DNA of 64,000 nucleotides from Opitutales bacterium (GCA_049599475.1 JBMYOQ010000005.1:1-64000), one strand, 5' to 3'; numbered from the stretch's first letter, positions 38,360 through 48,503 are shown. Translations and numbers: made by a program. The notes: generated by a model from the letters alone, not told the origin.

Positions 38360-39337
38360 CTAACGTGATATCATACGCCGAAGGCCGTTGATGATTCTGC
38401 TATTAGCAAAGAATCCATTTCCTTTTCTCTCAGGGAAGGGCGCATCATAGAAGTTGCAAACAATGTAGTGTAGGAGGAACTTTTGATGCGAATCTTCTAT
38501 AAGCCGGATTGAGCGATCAAAGACTTTGGGATCGTGCATTGTCGAGCGGAGGAGATTGCTGTCGGTAGAGAGGAACGAGTTCGCATCTGCAAAGTAGGCG
38601 GTGGCGTCTTTCAGAAATGTATCCACTCGTAGTTGGGGTGCAGGTGTTACTTGAGCCTTGCGCCCTGTTTTCATGCCGAGTGCCTGAGCGATTGCTTTCA
38701 GGGAATCGGGTTCCGGTGCCTGGGATTGCATGTATCCCGCCATCAGGGCCTGTAGGCTGGTGCCCTGGCCGTCGGGATTGAGGGGTAGATATTTCTTGAT
38801 GCGCTCGGGTGAACCAGAGAGGAATGAGCCCTCGATGTCCGCTAGTTCATGATTTTTCTCACGGGCCTGCGAGGACGGAGGCGTCATCGAAAAAATATCT
38901 TTCAGTGTTTTGACCCCTTCCGATGCGATTCGGGCTTTCAGGTTCGGAGAGACTGTCATCAAATGCGCGGGAAAGTCCGGATCGATTTTGAGTTCTCTGA
39001 GCTTATTCAGGATCTTATTTAAATTGGAGCTCTTGCGACCCACATTACGTGAAATTCCTTGGAGGGACATGTCATAAGCAGCAATATCGGTAAATAGGCG
39101 AATGAGCCTTTGTAGCCTTTCGGGGTTCTTAGCAAATTCAGGGTGAGCTTGGAGCTCTTTGAAACTCATTGAGGCATACGTGGCCACTGTAGCTTCGCGC
39201 TTTTGCGCTCCGCTGAAAACAGGTCGGGTGTGTCTATCTTTTTCGAGATCGCGCAAAGCCATCGTTGCGCATGGGCCGTTGAGGATGGATTCTCGGGATG
39301 CCTCCCAGGATTCTGCTAGTGAAGGGTCGGTCTGCAT
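38360..39337 (-). CDS. Hypothetical cytoplasmic protein, possibly with RNAP alpha-CTD/HhH-like modules
   Basis: 325-aa ORF; segment VSPNLKARIASEGVKTLKDIF resembles an alpha-CTD helix pattern. Confidence 0.6.
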   Translation of the reverse strand: MQTDPSLAESWEASRESILNGPCATMALRDLEKDRHTRPVFSGAQKREATVATYASMSFKELQAHPEFAKNPERLQRLIRLFTDIAAYDMSLQGISRNVGRKSSNLNKILNKLRELKIDPDFPAHLMTVSPNLKARIASEGVKTLKDIFSMTPPSSQAREKNHELADIEGSFLSGSPERIKKYLPLNPDGQGTSLQALMAGYMQSQAPEPDSLKAIAQALGMKTGRKAQVTPAPQLRVDTFLKDATAYFADANSFLSTDSNLLRSTMHDPKVFDRSIRLIEDSHQKFLLHYIVCNFYDAPFPERKGNGFFANSRIINGLRRMISR

Positions 39338-39653
39338 GATTCTTGATTATCAAGTTTCGGGGTATTCCGCTGTAAGAAGCTATCATTACCGAATGAGGAG
39401 GATTTCAGCGTTCAGAGCTGCATTGGATCATATTTGGAGGCGTCCAAAGCGCTCTTAACGGGTATGAAAGTTGTCCCATACGGGGTATCCCCGTTTAAGT
39501 CGGATAGACCCCGACGGTCTTGCGCGAAATCTACGAGATTGGGTTTTCTGACAGTCGCTTTACAGAGATTGGCCTAAATGTTCGCTGAGGACAGCGGACA
39601 TAGACTTGTCGGAGATGGCGAAGCAATGGCGCTGCGTTTAGGATGATGTCATC

Positions 39654-39824
39654 GGTAGCGGCCGATCTCCGAACGGCCGAATGCTGCGTATGAGCTGGGC
39701 GAAATTGCTGTCTTCCACCGCTCGGAGATCGGTTGCTCCCTCATTTCTTCTCTAAAGGCAGCCGCAGAAATGAAGGCGAATTCCGGCCAGCAGAGGCGTC
39801 TGCGTGAGGACACGCAGCCTTACC
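39654..39824. repeat. Inverted REP pair (39654-39676 / 39718-39740) plus a third REP-like element (39795-39824)
   Basis: GGTAGCGGCCGATCTCCGAACGG vs revcomp GGGAGCAACCGATCTCCGAGCGG; third is revcomp GGTAAGGCTGCGTG-TCCT-CACGCAGACGCC. Confidence 0.65.
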
Positions 39825-39959
39825 TTATCGCCATGATTTCAATTCTAATCTATCCCAAAAATAGCGACATCCTGAAGCCCCTCATGAGTCCCAATATTTC
39901 GAAAACAGGCAGCAGATTTCAGCGCCCTGGACGTTCTTCAAACGGAATGGCTACCGGAA

Positions 39960-42900
39960 TCACGTCCAGGCGCAGATAGAATCTAAATACTGGGCAGATC
40001 CATCTCTCAACCAACCGTCGAGTTGGGCTTGAGCTTTGAGCTGTTGTCCTCGGTTTCTGGGTACGGTGATGAAGCCGCACTCTGCGCCGGGGTAGGCAGT
40101 CATATCGCTCCAAAGTTTTTCGAATTGGCTGACTGGGTAAATGTCCTCCTGAGCGTGTCCCCAGCGTTTTTTGACCTCCTTTATGGTGATGTAAGTGGGC
40201 ATGCGGTTGGCGACTTTTCGGACACAGTCGGCGACCTTTGCCTCGTCGTCTAAATCGGAAACCGAAAGTTCGAAGAGTGCGAGTAGGCGCTCTATCGAAA
40301 TCCAGGTGGTCATCGAATTGTAGTAGGATAATTTATATTCCTCTTCCTCGCTGGGGAGGGAGAGTCCTTCGACGAGCCGAGGTTTGCCATTGATGCGGGC
40401 GAGCCCTCCGCCCCGGTCTTCATAGCGACGGGTGATTACCTCGAACGAAAAGTCCTTTTTGGATTCGATATGGACGCCCAAAAACGCCGGGTCGATACTG
40501 GCCCCCAATGTATCAATATTGTGGAGCATGAGATACTTGAGCTGCGGGCGCTCTTTCAGCATCGCGGCCAAGGTGCCATTGCGCAGAAGGTTTGGAATCT
40601 CATACCAGTGGCCTACGGGGTGCAGACACTGCATGGGGAGGTTGTCGCGGTAGTCGCTGCCTTCGCCGAGGCCGCGTGCCCAACCCGCGAGCGCGTCGCG
40701 AACGCTTTCTTTCATCTTCTGCGCGCGCTCATCGAGAATCTGCTCGGTGACCTCTTCCCAGGAGAAGCGCAAATCGCGCACCATGGGCACCATACGCAGG
40801 CCGATGTATTTACCTTTGGATACAAATAGACTGCCCGGATAGCCATATTGGTCCTCCTGTTCGAGGACGCTTTTGATGGGCTGGTGGGTGAGGTAGCTGC
40901 TGGTGATCACATGTAGCGGATATGCACCGAAGGTATCGCCGACTTTTTTACTCTTCGCCAAGTGAGTCTCGATGAAGGAGCGATGTTTGCCGCCCAATTT
41001 GCAGAATGGGTGTAAGCCTTTCACTACGCCTGCACCTTCGGTCCACCGGCTACCGACCCCTGCGGCTAGGGTGACCACGCCGACTTCGCCCTTGCGAATT
41101 GCGGATTCTCCGATGGTTTGTATCGATTTATCAATCACGCCAGTGCCATCGAAGGTGTCTTCAGGCTCAACATCTTCGATTGTGGTCGTGGTTGGGAAAC
41201 GGTTTTGCGCCAGGCCAATGCGGCCGTTTTGCAATTGTTGACGAATGGTGTCGTGCTGAATGGTGTCGAAGCCGTTCTCCACCAAAAGATCGTCGAGATT
41301 GCTTGTAGTTTTCTTGGCACTACAAGTATCCGGAAGGAGCTGTCTGAAAAAGTCCGGGATTGCTTGTTGGAATTGGGTGTCGCCTTCGCAGTGCCGGGTA
41401 AAGGTTTGTAGCTCGGCAACGCGCCCCGCAGTCATATTCTTGATGTCTGATCTTACCAATTCGGGTATCACTTGCTTGTAGTAGACTGGAGGTAATAAGG
41501 CTTTTTCTCCGCTGAGTAGGGTGCCGAAAGTGCCATTCGGGTTGATGGTAAATTCATAAACGACCGGATCCATCGCGAAGGGAAGGGATTGTTCCAGCTG
41601 GCCCTTGGTCTCGAGCATGATTTTGCGGATTTCGGGAAGCGCCTCACTTTTGATTGAAGGATCTACGAAGAATCCCATACCGCCGCCTGACATGCCGCCT
41701 AGCATGACGAAGCCCCAGTATTTATCTCCGAAACGTGCACTGATCTTCTGAATCAATTGCTCCGTGTAGTAGGTCGTGGCCCATGGGATAATACTCTGAA
41801 CGGGCTCAAAGAAATTCTGCGTGGTAAGCGCGGCTAAGCGTTTGATGTCGCCCGTCTTCAGGCAGTCCACGATGTTGTCGAAGAGCTCAATCGCTAGGGC
41901 GCGGCTCTCCCACTCCTTACCCGATCGCAGCAAATACTTTTCGGAAACCATCTCGAGAATGGGCCCTACGTTCTGGGCCATCCCTCCATGAACGAGGACC
42001 AGACTGTCTTGGAGGCCCTGAACGGTGTCAGCGCTGATATCTTCGTTGAGGACGCGGTGTCGTGGTAGGAGGCAGCCGCGACTGATGCCGTATTCTGGGT
42101 CGTTCTCGGTGGCGAGCTCTCCGCAGATAGTCTTGATGCCAGGCCAAACGCCGCCGGAGTCCTGCCAGCCACCGCCGGAACCTCCGAGCCATTCACCGAG
42201 GATCGCGCGGGCCGCTACGATGCGTCGTTCAGCTTCGTTGAGGGACCCCTCCAATTTGCTGGTTTGGCCCGTAGCGCGCATGCAGGCGGATATGAGGCAG
42301 GCCAACAGGTTCGTCGAGACCGCAAGGCGCGAGCCCTTGGGAATATCGCGGACGTGGCTGACGAGTTCGAAGCCTTTGCCGGGCCCGAGGAGTCGTTCCA
42401 AAAGACTTTCTAGAGATTGCCCGGAGCCTTCAATGCCAGGAGGGACGATGCCCGCTGCAATCACGGCGGCTTTGAGCAGTCCGAGGTAGTCTTTGCCGAA
42501 GCTGAAGAGATCCTCTAGGTTTGTGATCTCCGCTGAGGCCTTCAGGTCGAGGCTGATGAGTTGAATGACGGGTTTGTCGATGACTCGGAAAAAGCCTTGG
42601 ACGGGCGGCAGAGTCTCTTTGTCTCGACCCCACACGGCGAGGTCCACGGAGATGTTTAAAACACGCGCCGCTTCTGGTAAATCCATGCCCAGGAAGAAAA
42701 TATCGCTCCAACCGCTGTGGGTTAGATCCATGCGCACAGGTGTGGTCTCGTGGATGACTGGGTAGGGCGTGCTAGCGTTTGCCCGTTCCAAGAGCTCATT
42801 GCGTATTCTCAGCGGGTGGCTGCTCGGGTGCCCCATGCGGAACATCCACTGGTTGCCCTTTACTGATCGGACGCTGCGGCGTACTTGGTTTGCCAAATAC

Positions 42901-43277
42901 TGGAGGGCCAGATGATAGTAGGCGTAGGCGAGAGCGCTGGAAAGGGTGTCGTTGGAGCCTTCGGTATTTTGTTGTTCGAGTAGGACGTCGATTCCCTCCT
43001 CAAAACGCCGCTTTAGGATCCGCTCATTTGCCTCAAAGGAGAGCAATCCAGCTTGTTTAGAAGTGTAGTGCTTGGGCAGGTGAAAGCGGTGAATTGCGAA
43101 GAGAAAGAAGAGGGCGCGGACTTTCTCGTAGAGGTTCTCGCTCTTTCTGCGAAAGGCATCAAGCGCTTCGCATTCGCTTTGCAATTGCTCTGGAGAAAAT
43201 CCAGCAATGGCGTTTTCCAGGGGGATGTCTCGCTCTGATTTTTCGGGCGAGATGATCAAATGTATCAGACTGCTCAT
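39960..43277 (-). CDS. Fused GHMP-family sugar kinase / UDPGP-family sugar-1-phosphate nucleotidyltransferase
   Basis: PVRMDLTHSGWSD, IPKGSRLAVS, GGGWQD, GGMSGGG (kinase); LAAGVGSRW, HPVGHW, HNIDTL, GGGLAR..LVEG (pyrophosphorylase). Confidence 0.8.
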   Translation of the reverse strand: MSSLIHLIISPEKSERDIPLENAIAGFSPEQLQSECEALDAFRRKSENLYEKVRALFFLFAIHRFHLPKHYTSKQAGLLSFEANERILKRRFEEGIDVLLEQQNTEGSNDTLSSALAYAYYHLALQYLANQVRRSVRSVKGNQWMFRMGHPSSHPLRIRNELLERANASTPYPVIHETTPVRMDLTHSGWSDIFFLGMDLPEAARVLNISVDLAVWGRDKETLPPVQGFFRVIDKPVIQLISLDLKASAEITNLEDLFSFGKDYLGLLKAAVIAAGIVPPGIEGSGQSLESLLERLLGPGKGFELVSHVRDIPKGSRLAVSTNLLACLISACMRATGQTSKLEGSLNEAERRIVAARAILGEWLGGSGGGWQDSGGVWPGIKTICGELATENDPEYGISRGCLLPRHRVLNEDISADTVQGLQDSLVLVHGGMAQNVGPILEMVSEKYLLRSGKEWESRALAIELFDNIVDCLKTGDIKRLAALTTQNFFEPVQSIIPWATTYYTEQLIQKISARFGDKYWGFVMLGGMSGGGMGFFVDPSIKSEALPEIRKIMLETKGQLEQSLPFAMDPVVYEFTINPNGTFGTLLSGEKALLPPVYYKQVIPELVRSDIKNMTAGRVAELQTFTRHCEGDTQFQQAIPDFFRQLLPDTCSAKKTTSNLDDLLVENGFDTIQHDTIRQQLQNGRIGLAQNRFPTTTTIEDVEPEDTFDGTGVIDKSIQTIGESAIRKGEVGVVTLAAGVGSRWTEGAGVVKGLHPFCKLGGKHRSFIETHLAKSKKVGDTFGAYPLHVITSSYLTHQPIKSVLEQEDQYGYPGSLFVSKGKYIGLRMVPMVRDLRFSWEEVTEQILDERAQKMKESVRDALAGWARGLGEGSDYRDNLPMQCLHPVGHWYEIPNLLRNGTLAAMLKERPQLKYLMLHNIDTLGASIDPAFLGVHIESKKDFSFEVITRRYEDRGGGLARINGKPRLVEGLSLPSEEEEYKLSYYNSMTTWISIERLLALFELSVSDLDDEAKVADCVRKVANRMPTYITIKEVKKRWGHAQEDIYPVSQFEKLWSDMTAYPGAECGFITVPRNRGQQLKAQAQLDGWLRDGSAQYLDSICAWT

Positions 43278-43287
43278 GGCGCCGGAT

Positions 43288-44139
43288 CTAAGCTTTTTTT
43301 GCTGATTGAGACTCTGCTAAGAGCTCCACGAGCTGGGTGAGAATCTCCTCACGATGCCGGCCATCAAGTGCGAGGGCCATCTGGGCTGTAAGCATCCCGT
43401 AGCGCTGCTCTAGATCGTAGCGTCGACCTTGGATGACTGAGGCTAGGTATTGATCCTGGTTTTTGAGAAGGTTCAGGGCGTCTGTGAGGTTTGGCCGAGC
43501 GTTGGGCTCCTTAAGCAAATCTTCGAGAACGGTGAATATGCGAGGCATCAGAATATGCATTCCAAAGAAACACAGGTAGTGGCCAGTACGGAGTCCGGGG
43601 ACCAATAGCTCTTGCTCAGCCAGGGTCGGTGTGGGCTTTTCCAGGATATTATTCACCTCATAGAGGCCTTTCCCGTTTGAAGAAAGGGTGCCGCTGACTG
43701 CTCCAAAATCTGCCAAACTGCGTTCGTGTGTTGGCTGCACAGCGGACACGCTGCAACCGAGCTGGGTGGCGGTTTCTACTAATTGTTTCGCACAGCTAAC
43801 ATCGGTATCGCTCACATACAGATGGTCGCTTACCATCAGAAGAAAGGGCGTATCCTCAACGAACTCGCGAGCACATTGCACCGCGTGTGCGTAGCCGAGG
43901 GGTTCCTCCTGGGTGATGAAATGGAGGTTGGCATTCTGAACATCGACAGACTGCTCAAACAACTCTTGGTCCCCAGGTGCAATGACGATGCCTACATCCT
44001 GGATGCCGGTAGAGGTGATTTCCTCTACCAGGAGATTAAGTGCCGAGCGAGGGAAGCCTTCGCGATCGACAAGAGTTTGGAGGGGCAGGTGTCTTTGATT
44101 TCTACCTGCCGCAGTAATAACAGCCTTAGAGAGATTCAT
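43288..44139 (-). CDS. GalU/GalF-like nucleotidyltransferase with a degenerate N-terminal motif
   Basis: KAVITAAG, QEEPLGYAHAV, ILEKP, LTDAL; 10 nt upstream of the fused enzyme. Confidence 0.8.
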   Translation of the reverse strand: MNLSKAVITAAGRNQRHLPLQTLVDREGFPRSALNLLVEEITSTGIQDVGIVIAPGDQELFEQSVDVQNANLHFITQEEPLGYAHAVQCAREFVEDTPFLLMVSDHLYVSDTDVSCAKQLVETATQLGCSVSAVQPTHERSLADFGAVSGTLSSNGKGLYEVNNILEKPTPTLAEQELLVPGLRTGHYLCFFGMHILMPRIFTVLEDLLKEPNARPNLTDALNLLKNQDQYLASVIQGRRYDLEQRYGMLTAQMALALDGRHREEILTQLVELLAESQSAKKA

Positions 44140-44292
44140 GAGAGAGGGATTTGGCTCCAGTTAAATGAAACTTGTGTGGAGATAAATGTGTCTTGAGGGA
44201 TATTGGTCCAAGGTTCAATATCTTACACGAATCTCGTGGGATTTCGGGGTAGTGGAATTTCAATGAAACGGTTCTCTGAGACTTGCAGATGT

Positions 44293-46188
44293 TTAGAAAT
44301 CTGTGCCGTTCTTGAGCTTGAGGAGAGCCATCGATTTTTTAGGATTCAGCAGGTTGCGGCGTCCATCTTCACTTGTGTCTGCTCCGAGGGTTATCAGAGA
44401 TATAATCTCTTCGGGCGAAAGCGTCGGGTCGATGGCGAGGAGTTTTGCTGCCAGATTAGTCACGTTTGGAGCACTCATCGATGTACCCGAAAATTTCTGA
44501 CGTTTCCCTCCAGGAAGATAGCTGTCGACTTCGAAACCGTTGGCGTGGACGCGCACATTATCTCCATAGCTAGTAAATGAAGTTTCATCCCCGGCTTGAT
44601 CCACAGCCCCTGCTACGAGCACATTGCTCAGAGCGATGCTAGAGGGTAAGACTTTGTTGAATTCGATATTTTCGTCGCTGTTGCCCGCAGCGGGTATGAA
44701 CAGGATACCTGGGCAAGAGGCCATAGCATCGACCAATGCATCATAGAAAATATCGAAGTGAACACGGGCTATCTCAGCGCGCATCTCAGCATCGTCGCCG
44801 ATCCCGTTGGCTTCCAAGGCTCTTTCAAATCCCGCTTGGCTTCCACCCCAACTCATGTTTACGACGCGCACATTGTTTTCGCGGAGATATTGAGCTACTT
44901 GTTGAGATGATTTTACGCCGCGAAGGGTGTTCACGAGCTGAGGAGCATCTGGAATGATTTTGTGGTCAAAAGTAATGCGCACAGACATGAGCTGGATTGC
45001 GGGGTTGCCCTCCGCGGCAATTCCCGCGACGTGGGTCCCGTGTGTATAATTACCAAAATAACCGAGATCCAGGAGGAAGGGTTCGACAGCTTCAGGAGTT
45101 AAGGAAGCCATGTACTGTTTGAATTCTGTAGCCTCGTCGCTATCGATCGAGGAACGCACGTCCATCATCCCTTTGGCTAAGGACATCAGCGCATCGTAAC
45201 GGGCTGCTATATCCTCAGGGAGTTCAAATAGGTCTCCCTGGGTTTTGAAGCTCTTGAGGTCGTGAGCAATCCCATGCATGTCATCAACCCAGCCATTTTG
45301 ATCATTGTCGATACCATCTCCAGGGATCTCGTCTTCGTTGGTCCACAGCTGGTTTAGGGGCGCGAAAATCTCAGTATCCACGCCGCTATCCCAAATGGCG
45401 ACCACGACCGCGTTCAACCCATCTTCATCGCTTAAATCAACGGAACGCTCAGCCCAAATGTCTTCCTTTTCGATGCGGTTGTTATCGATATATTCGGAAA
45501 GCACGTCGACCATCGCTACTTTATTCGGAATAATGTAGTCGATCATCATGCGGAAGCGTATGAGCGCACTGGCGATCCCGAAATCAATCTGTCCGGATTC
45601 CTGAGCACCTGGGTCCATCGAGGACTGCACAATCCCCATTAAATAATTTCCACTGATCATCTCCATCGATCCCTTGCTGGCCTCGATAACATCTTGCACG
45701 GTATCCCATGGCAGTCCGGCAATTTTACTGGTGTAGTCCGCTTTGAATGCATCTGTAAAGGCCTCATCGCCCACGGAGTGGCCTGCAATCAATGTATTCA
45801 AAATAGCATCCGTCGATAAGCCGCTGGTCAGCCTTTCCGCCGGTTTTTCCTGCATCTCGCGGACTTCTTTGTTGAGCTTCACCGCGTTCTCCCAGTCGCC
45901 TTTGAGCATAGCAATTGTCCTCAAGGTGCCCATGTAGGCACGCACCGTTCCTTGGTCCGAGATTTCGTATTTAGATAAAATATCTTCAAGGTCTGCTTCG
46001 ATTTCAGTAGCCAGAGCCAGCACTTGCTCGGGATCTGCGACGATGGCTGAGGGCAAGCTCTCGGCTTCATAGCTGATCCGGGGAAGTTCATCCATCGATG
46101 AAACTTTTATTTTCTCTGCATAGGCAGATAGTGCCGCGGCAGATGTAATTAAAATAGCGGTGAGGTATTGTTTAATGCTAGATGTCAT
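44293..46188 (-). CDS. Secreted S8 subtilase with a long N-terminal helical extension
   Basis: ORF to 46236, likely ATG 46188. VAIWDSGVD, DGIDNDQNGWVDDMHG, HGTHVAGIA, AAGN, SGTSMSAP. Confidence 0.9.
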   Translation of the reverse strand: MTSSIKQYLTAILITSAAALSAYAEKIKVSSMDELPRISYEAESLPSAIVADPEQVLALATEIEADLEDILSKYEISDQGTVRAYMGTLRTIAMLKGDWENAVKLNKEVREMQEKPAERLTSGLSTDAILNTLIAGHSVGDEAFTDAFKADYTSKIAGLPWDTVQDVIEASKGSMEMISGNYLMGIVQSSMDPGAQESGQIDFGIASALIRFRMMIDYIIPNKVAMVDVLSEYIDNNRIEKEDIWAERSVDLSDEDGLNAVVVAIWDSGVDTEIFAPLNQLWTNEDEIPGDGIDNDQNGWVDDMHGIAHDLKSFKTQGDLFELPEDIAARYDALMSLAKGMMDVRSSIDSDEATEFKQYMASLTPEAVEPFLLDLGYFGNYTHGTHVAGIAAEGNPAIQLMSVRITFDHKIIPDAPQLVNTLRGVKSSQQVAQYLRENNVRVVNMSWGGSQAGFERALEANGIGDDAEMRAEIARVHFDIFYDALVDAMASCPGILFIPAAGNSDENIEFNKVLPSSIALSNVLVAGAVDQAGDETSFTSYGDNVRVHANGFEVDSYLPGGKRQKFSGTSMSAPNVTNLAAKLLAIDPTLSPEEIISLITLGADTSEDGRRNLLNPKKSMALLKLKNGTDF

Positions 46189-46554
46189 GGTTTGAAGAAA
46201 CGAATTAGGCTGCTTTTGTAGCATAAATAGACCCAATTTTTTGAGTGTAGATCCGTGCGTTGTAATGCTTTTCTAAAATGGCAATTGTCATGAAAAAACT
46301 ATGTATTGCAACGCACTCACCGTGTTACACTTATTTGATCAATATTTTCGGGATTCGGTATTAGGGGAAAGCTTGCGAAAAAGGTCTGCCCAGCCCGGGG
46401 GGCGGGTGGGTTTCGTCGTAATGTAACGAATAGGTGCGAATGTAGTCAAAAGAGGGGTCCAATGGAAGGGGGATTCGATTGAAGGGTCCATTCCGCGATG
46501 AGGGGTGTGACGAATGATCTTTCGATTTCGTGAAATCTGGCTTCACTGTCTGAG

Positions 46555-46904
46555 ATGACTATTGAAAGACAGGAAATAAAACAGCGGATGAGCCGCATTG
46601 TGATACACCAAGGCACCGTCTATTTGTGCGGGCAGGTGTGTGCGGATGCTACGAAAGGTATCGCTGAACAAACGCAGACTATGCTCGATAAAGTGGATAC
46701 CTTACTCGAGCAAGCTGGCTCAGACCGTGAGCATATGCTGTCTGCGACTGTCTATCTGCGCGATATGAAAGATTTTGCGGCGATGAACGCCGTCTGGGAT
46801 GCATGGGTGCCCGAAGGGCATGCACCCGCGCGCGCCTGCGTGGAGGCCCGAATGGCGCGCCCAGAGCTCCTCGTAGGGTGTCTGTAATCGCCGCACTCAA
46901 GTAA
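46555..46904 (+). pseudogene. Second RidA/YoaB-like copy with a 1-nt deletion near the 3' end (or a sequencing error)
   Basis: Six aa differences from the 29775 copy over 107 aa; adding one base after 46876 restores [13 protein letters not shown] and the same 351-nt length. Confidence 0.85.
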
Positions 46905-46942
46905 GGCGCGGTAATCGGATTCGACTCTATGAGCGTTTAGGC

Positions 46943-48394
46943 CTAGGTGCCGCAGAAGGTTTCGGTGACGCGTTCCTCGGGTTTCGCGGCGGCTTCTAGG
47001 TCGGTGTATTCGGGGCGATCTGCGAAGGGTTGGGCGAGGGCTTCTATGAGCCTGTGGAAGGGGGCGAAGTCTCCTGAATAGCCCGCGCGGATTGCGCGTT
47101 CGACTTGGTGGTTGCGTGGAATCAGGACTGGGTTTGCCGCTTGCATCTGAGGGAGATTTGACTCCGCTTGTGCGAGGGCTGACCAGCCTTCCAACCATTT
47201 GCGCGCCTCGGATGCGTTGTCCCATAGCTCGACTAGTTCAGTGGAATCTTCGCCAGTCGCTACGCGCGTAAGATGGCGGAAAAACAGAGTATAATCGACA
47301 TTGTGCCGCGCGAGCTTCTCAAGTGTGTTTTTGATGAACGAGGTGGTCTGTGCGTCGTCGCGCGCGAGGCCTAGTTTTTGCGAAAAGGTGTCGAGATACG
47401 CGCTGTGGAAGGCTGGCGAGAAGCTTTCCAATGCTTTCTCGGCTAGGGGTATCGCTGTATCGAGATCGTCATCGATTAAGGGGAGTAAGGTCTCAGCAAA
47501 GCGCGTGAGATTCCAATGAGCAATTTGAGGCTGATTGCCCCAGGCGTATCGACCTTGTTGATCGATAGAAGAATAGACGCATTGTGGGTGGAATTGCTCC
47601 ATGAAGGCGCAGGGGCCATAATCGATCGTTTCACCCGAGACTGCACAGTTGTCGGTATTCATCACACCGTGGATAAATCCGAGCCCTAGCCATTTGCTGA
47701 CAAGTCGAGTCTGCGCCATGATTACCGCGTTTAGCAAGGCGATGTAGGGGGACTCTTGGTCTGCGGCTTCTGGATAGTGGCGATCGATCGTATAGTCGGC
47801 GAGGGAGCGTAGAGATTCATAATCCTCACGTGCCGCAAAGTATTGGAAAGTCCCCACGCGGATGTGGCTGCTCGCGACCCGCGTAAATACGCCCCCGGCT
47901 TCCATCTCTCCTCGAAAGACTTCTTCTCCGGAAGTCACTGCAGCGAGGGCGCGCGTGGTTGGGACGCCGAGAGCGTGCATCGCCTCACTCACAATATATT
48001 CTCTTAGCACAGGACCCAGAGCCGAACGGCCGTCGCCACGTCGAGACCAATGAGTCGGTCCGCTGCCTTTGAGCTGGATATCGTAGCGCTTACCCGACTT
48101 TGCCACGACTTCACCGAGCAAAATAGCCCGACCGTCGCCCAGCTGAGGGACAAAGTTTCCAAATTGATGTCCGGCATACGCCTGAGAAATAGGCTTGGCC
48201 CCCTCGGGCACCTCATTGCCAGCTATAACCGCGATGCCCTCAGCCGACTCCAACCATTGCGGATCGATACCCAATTCGTTGGCCAGTGCGTGATTTACCC
48301 GGATCAGTCCAGGGGCCCGAACCGCTGCGGGAGTCGGGTTCGAATAAAATTTTTCAGGTAGCTTAGCGTAGGTGTTGTCGAAGGGAATAGACAT
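46943..48394 (-). CDS. selO: Protein adenylyltransferase SelO (YdiU)
   Basis: YAGHQFG..QLGDGRAILLGE, LKGSGPT..GDGR, PTTRALA, GFIHGVMNTDN, IDYGPCAF, C-terminal TFCGT. Confidence 0.95.
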   Translation of the reverse strand: MSIPFDNTYAKLPEKFYSNPTPAAVRAPGLIRVNHALANELGIDPQWLESAEGIAVIAGNEVPEGAKPISQAYAGHQFGNFVPQLGDGRAILLGEVVAKSGKRYDIQLKGSGPTHWSRRGDGRSALGPVLREYIVSEAMHALGVPTTRALAAVTSGEEVFRGEMEAGGVFTRVASSHIRVGTFQYFAAREDYESLRSLADYTIDRHYPEAADQESPYIALLNAVIMAQTRLVSKWLGLGFIHGVMNTDNCAVSGETIDYGPCAFMEQFHPQCVYSSIDQQGRYAWGNQPQIAHWNLTRFAETLLPLIDDDLDTAIPLAEKALESFSPAFHSAYLDTFSQKLGLARDDAQTTSFIKNTLEKLARHNVDYTLFFRHLTRVATGEDSTELVELWDNASEARKWLEGWSALAQAESNLPQMQAANPVLIPRNHQVERAIRAGYSGDFAPFHRLIEALAQPFADRPEYTDLEAAAKPEERVTETFCGT

Positions 48395-48485
48395 TCAACT
48401 GAAAACTATAACACCCATTTCGAAAAAAGCGAATAGGAGATTGTCCAGAATAGGCGCTACGGTGCGTGATTGAGTTTTTATAAAT

Positions 48486-48503
48486 TGGAAACTTAAGTTT
48501 CCA
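48486..48503. promoter_or_regulatory. Perfect 18-bp palindrome upstream of selO
   Basis: TGGAAACTTAAGTTTCCA in an AT-rich region about 90 bp upstream of the selO start. Confidence 0.45.

Noticed and set aside
46237..46554. Small ORFs or ncRNA in the region upstream of the second Rid copy
   Set aside because: No recognisable motif, riboswitch consensus or convincing homology found by eye
46943..46960. Selenocysteine at the SelO C-terminus
   Set aside because: Ends TFCGT with a Cys codon and a TAG stop; no in-frame TGA
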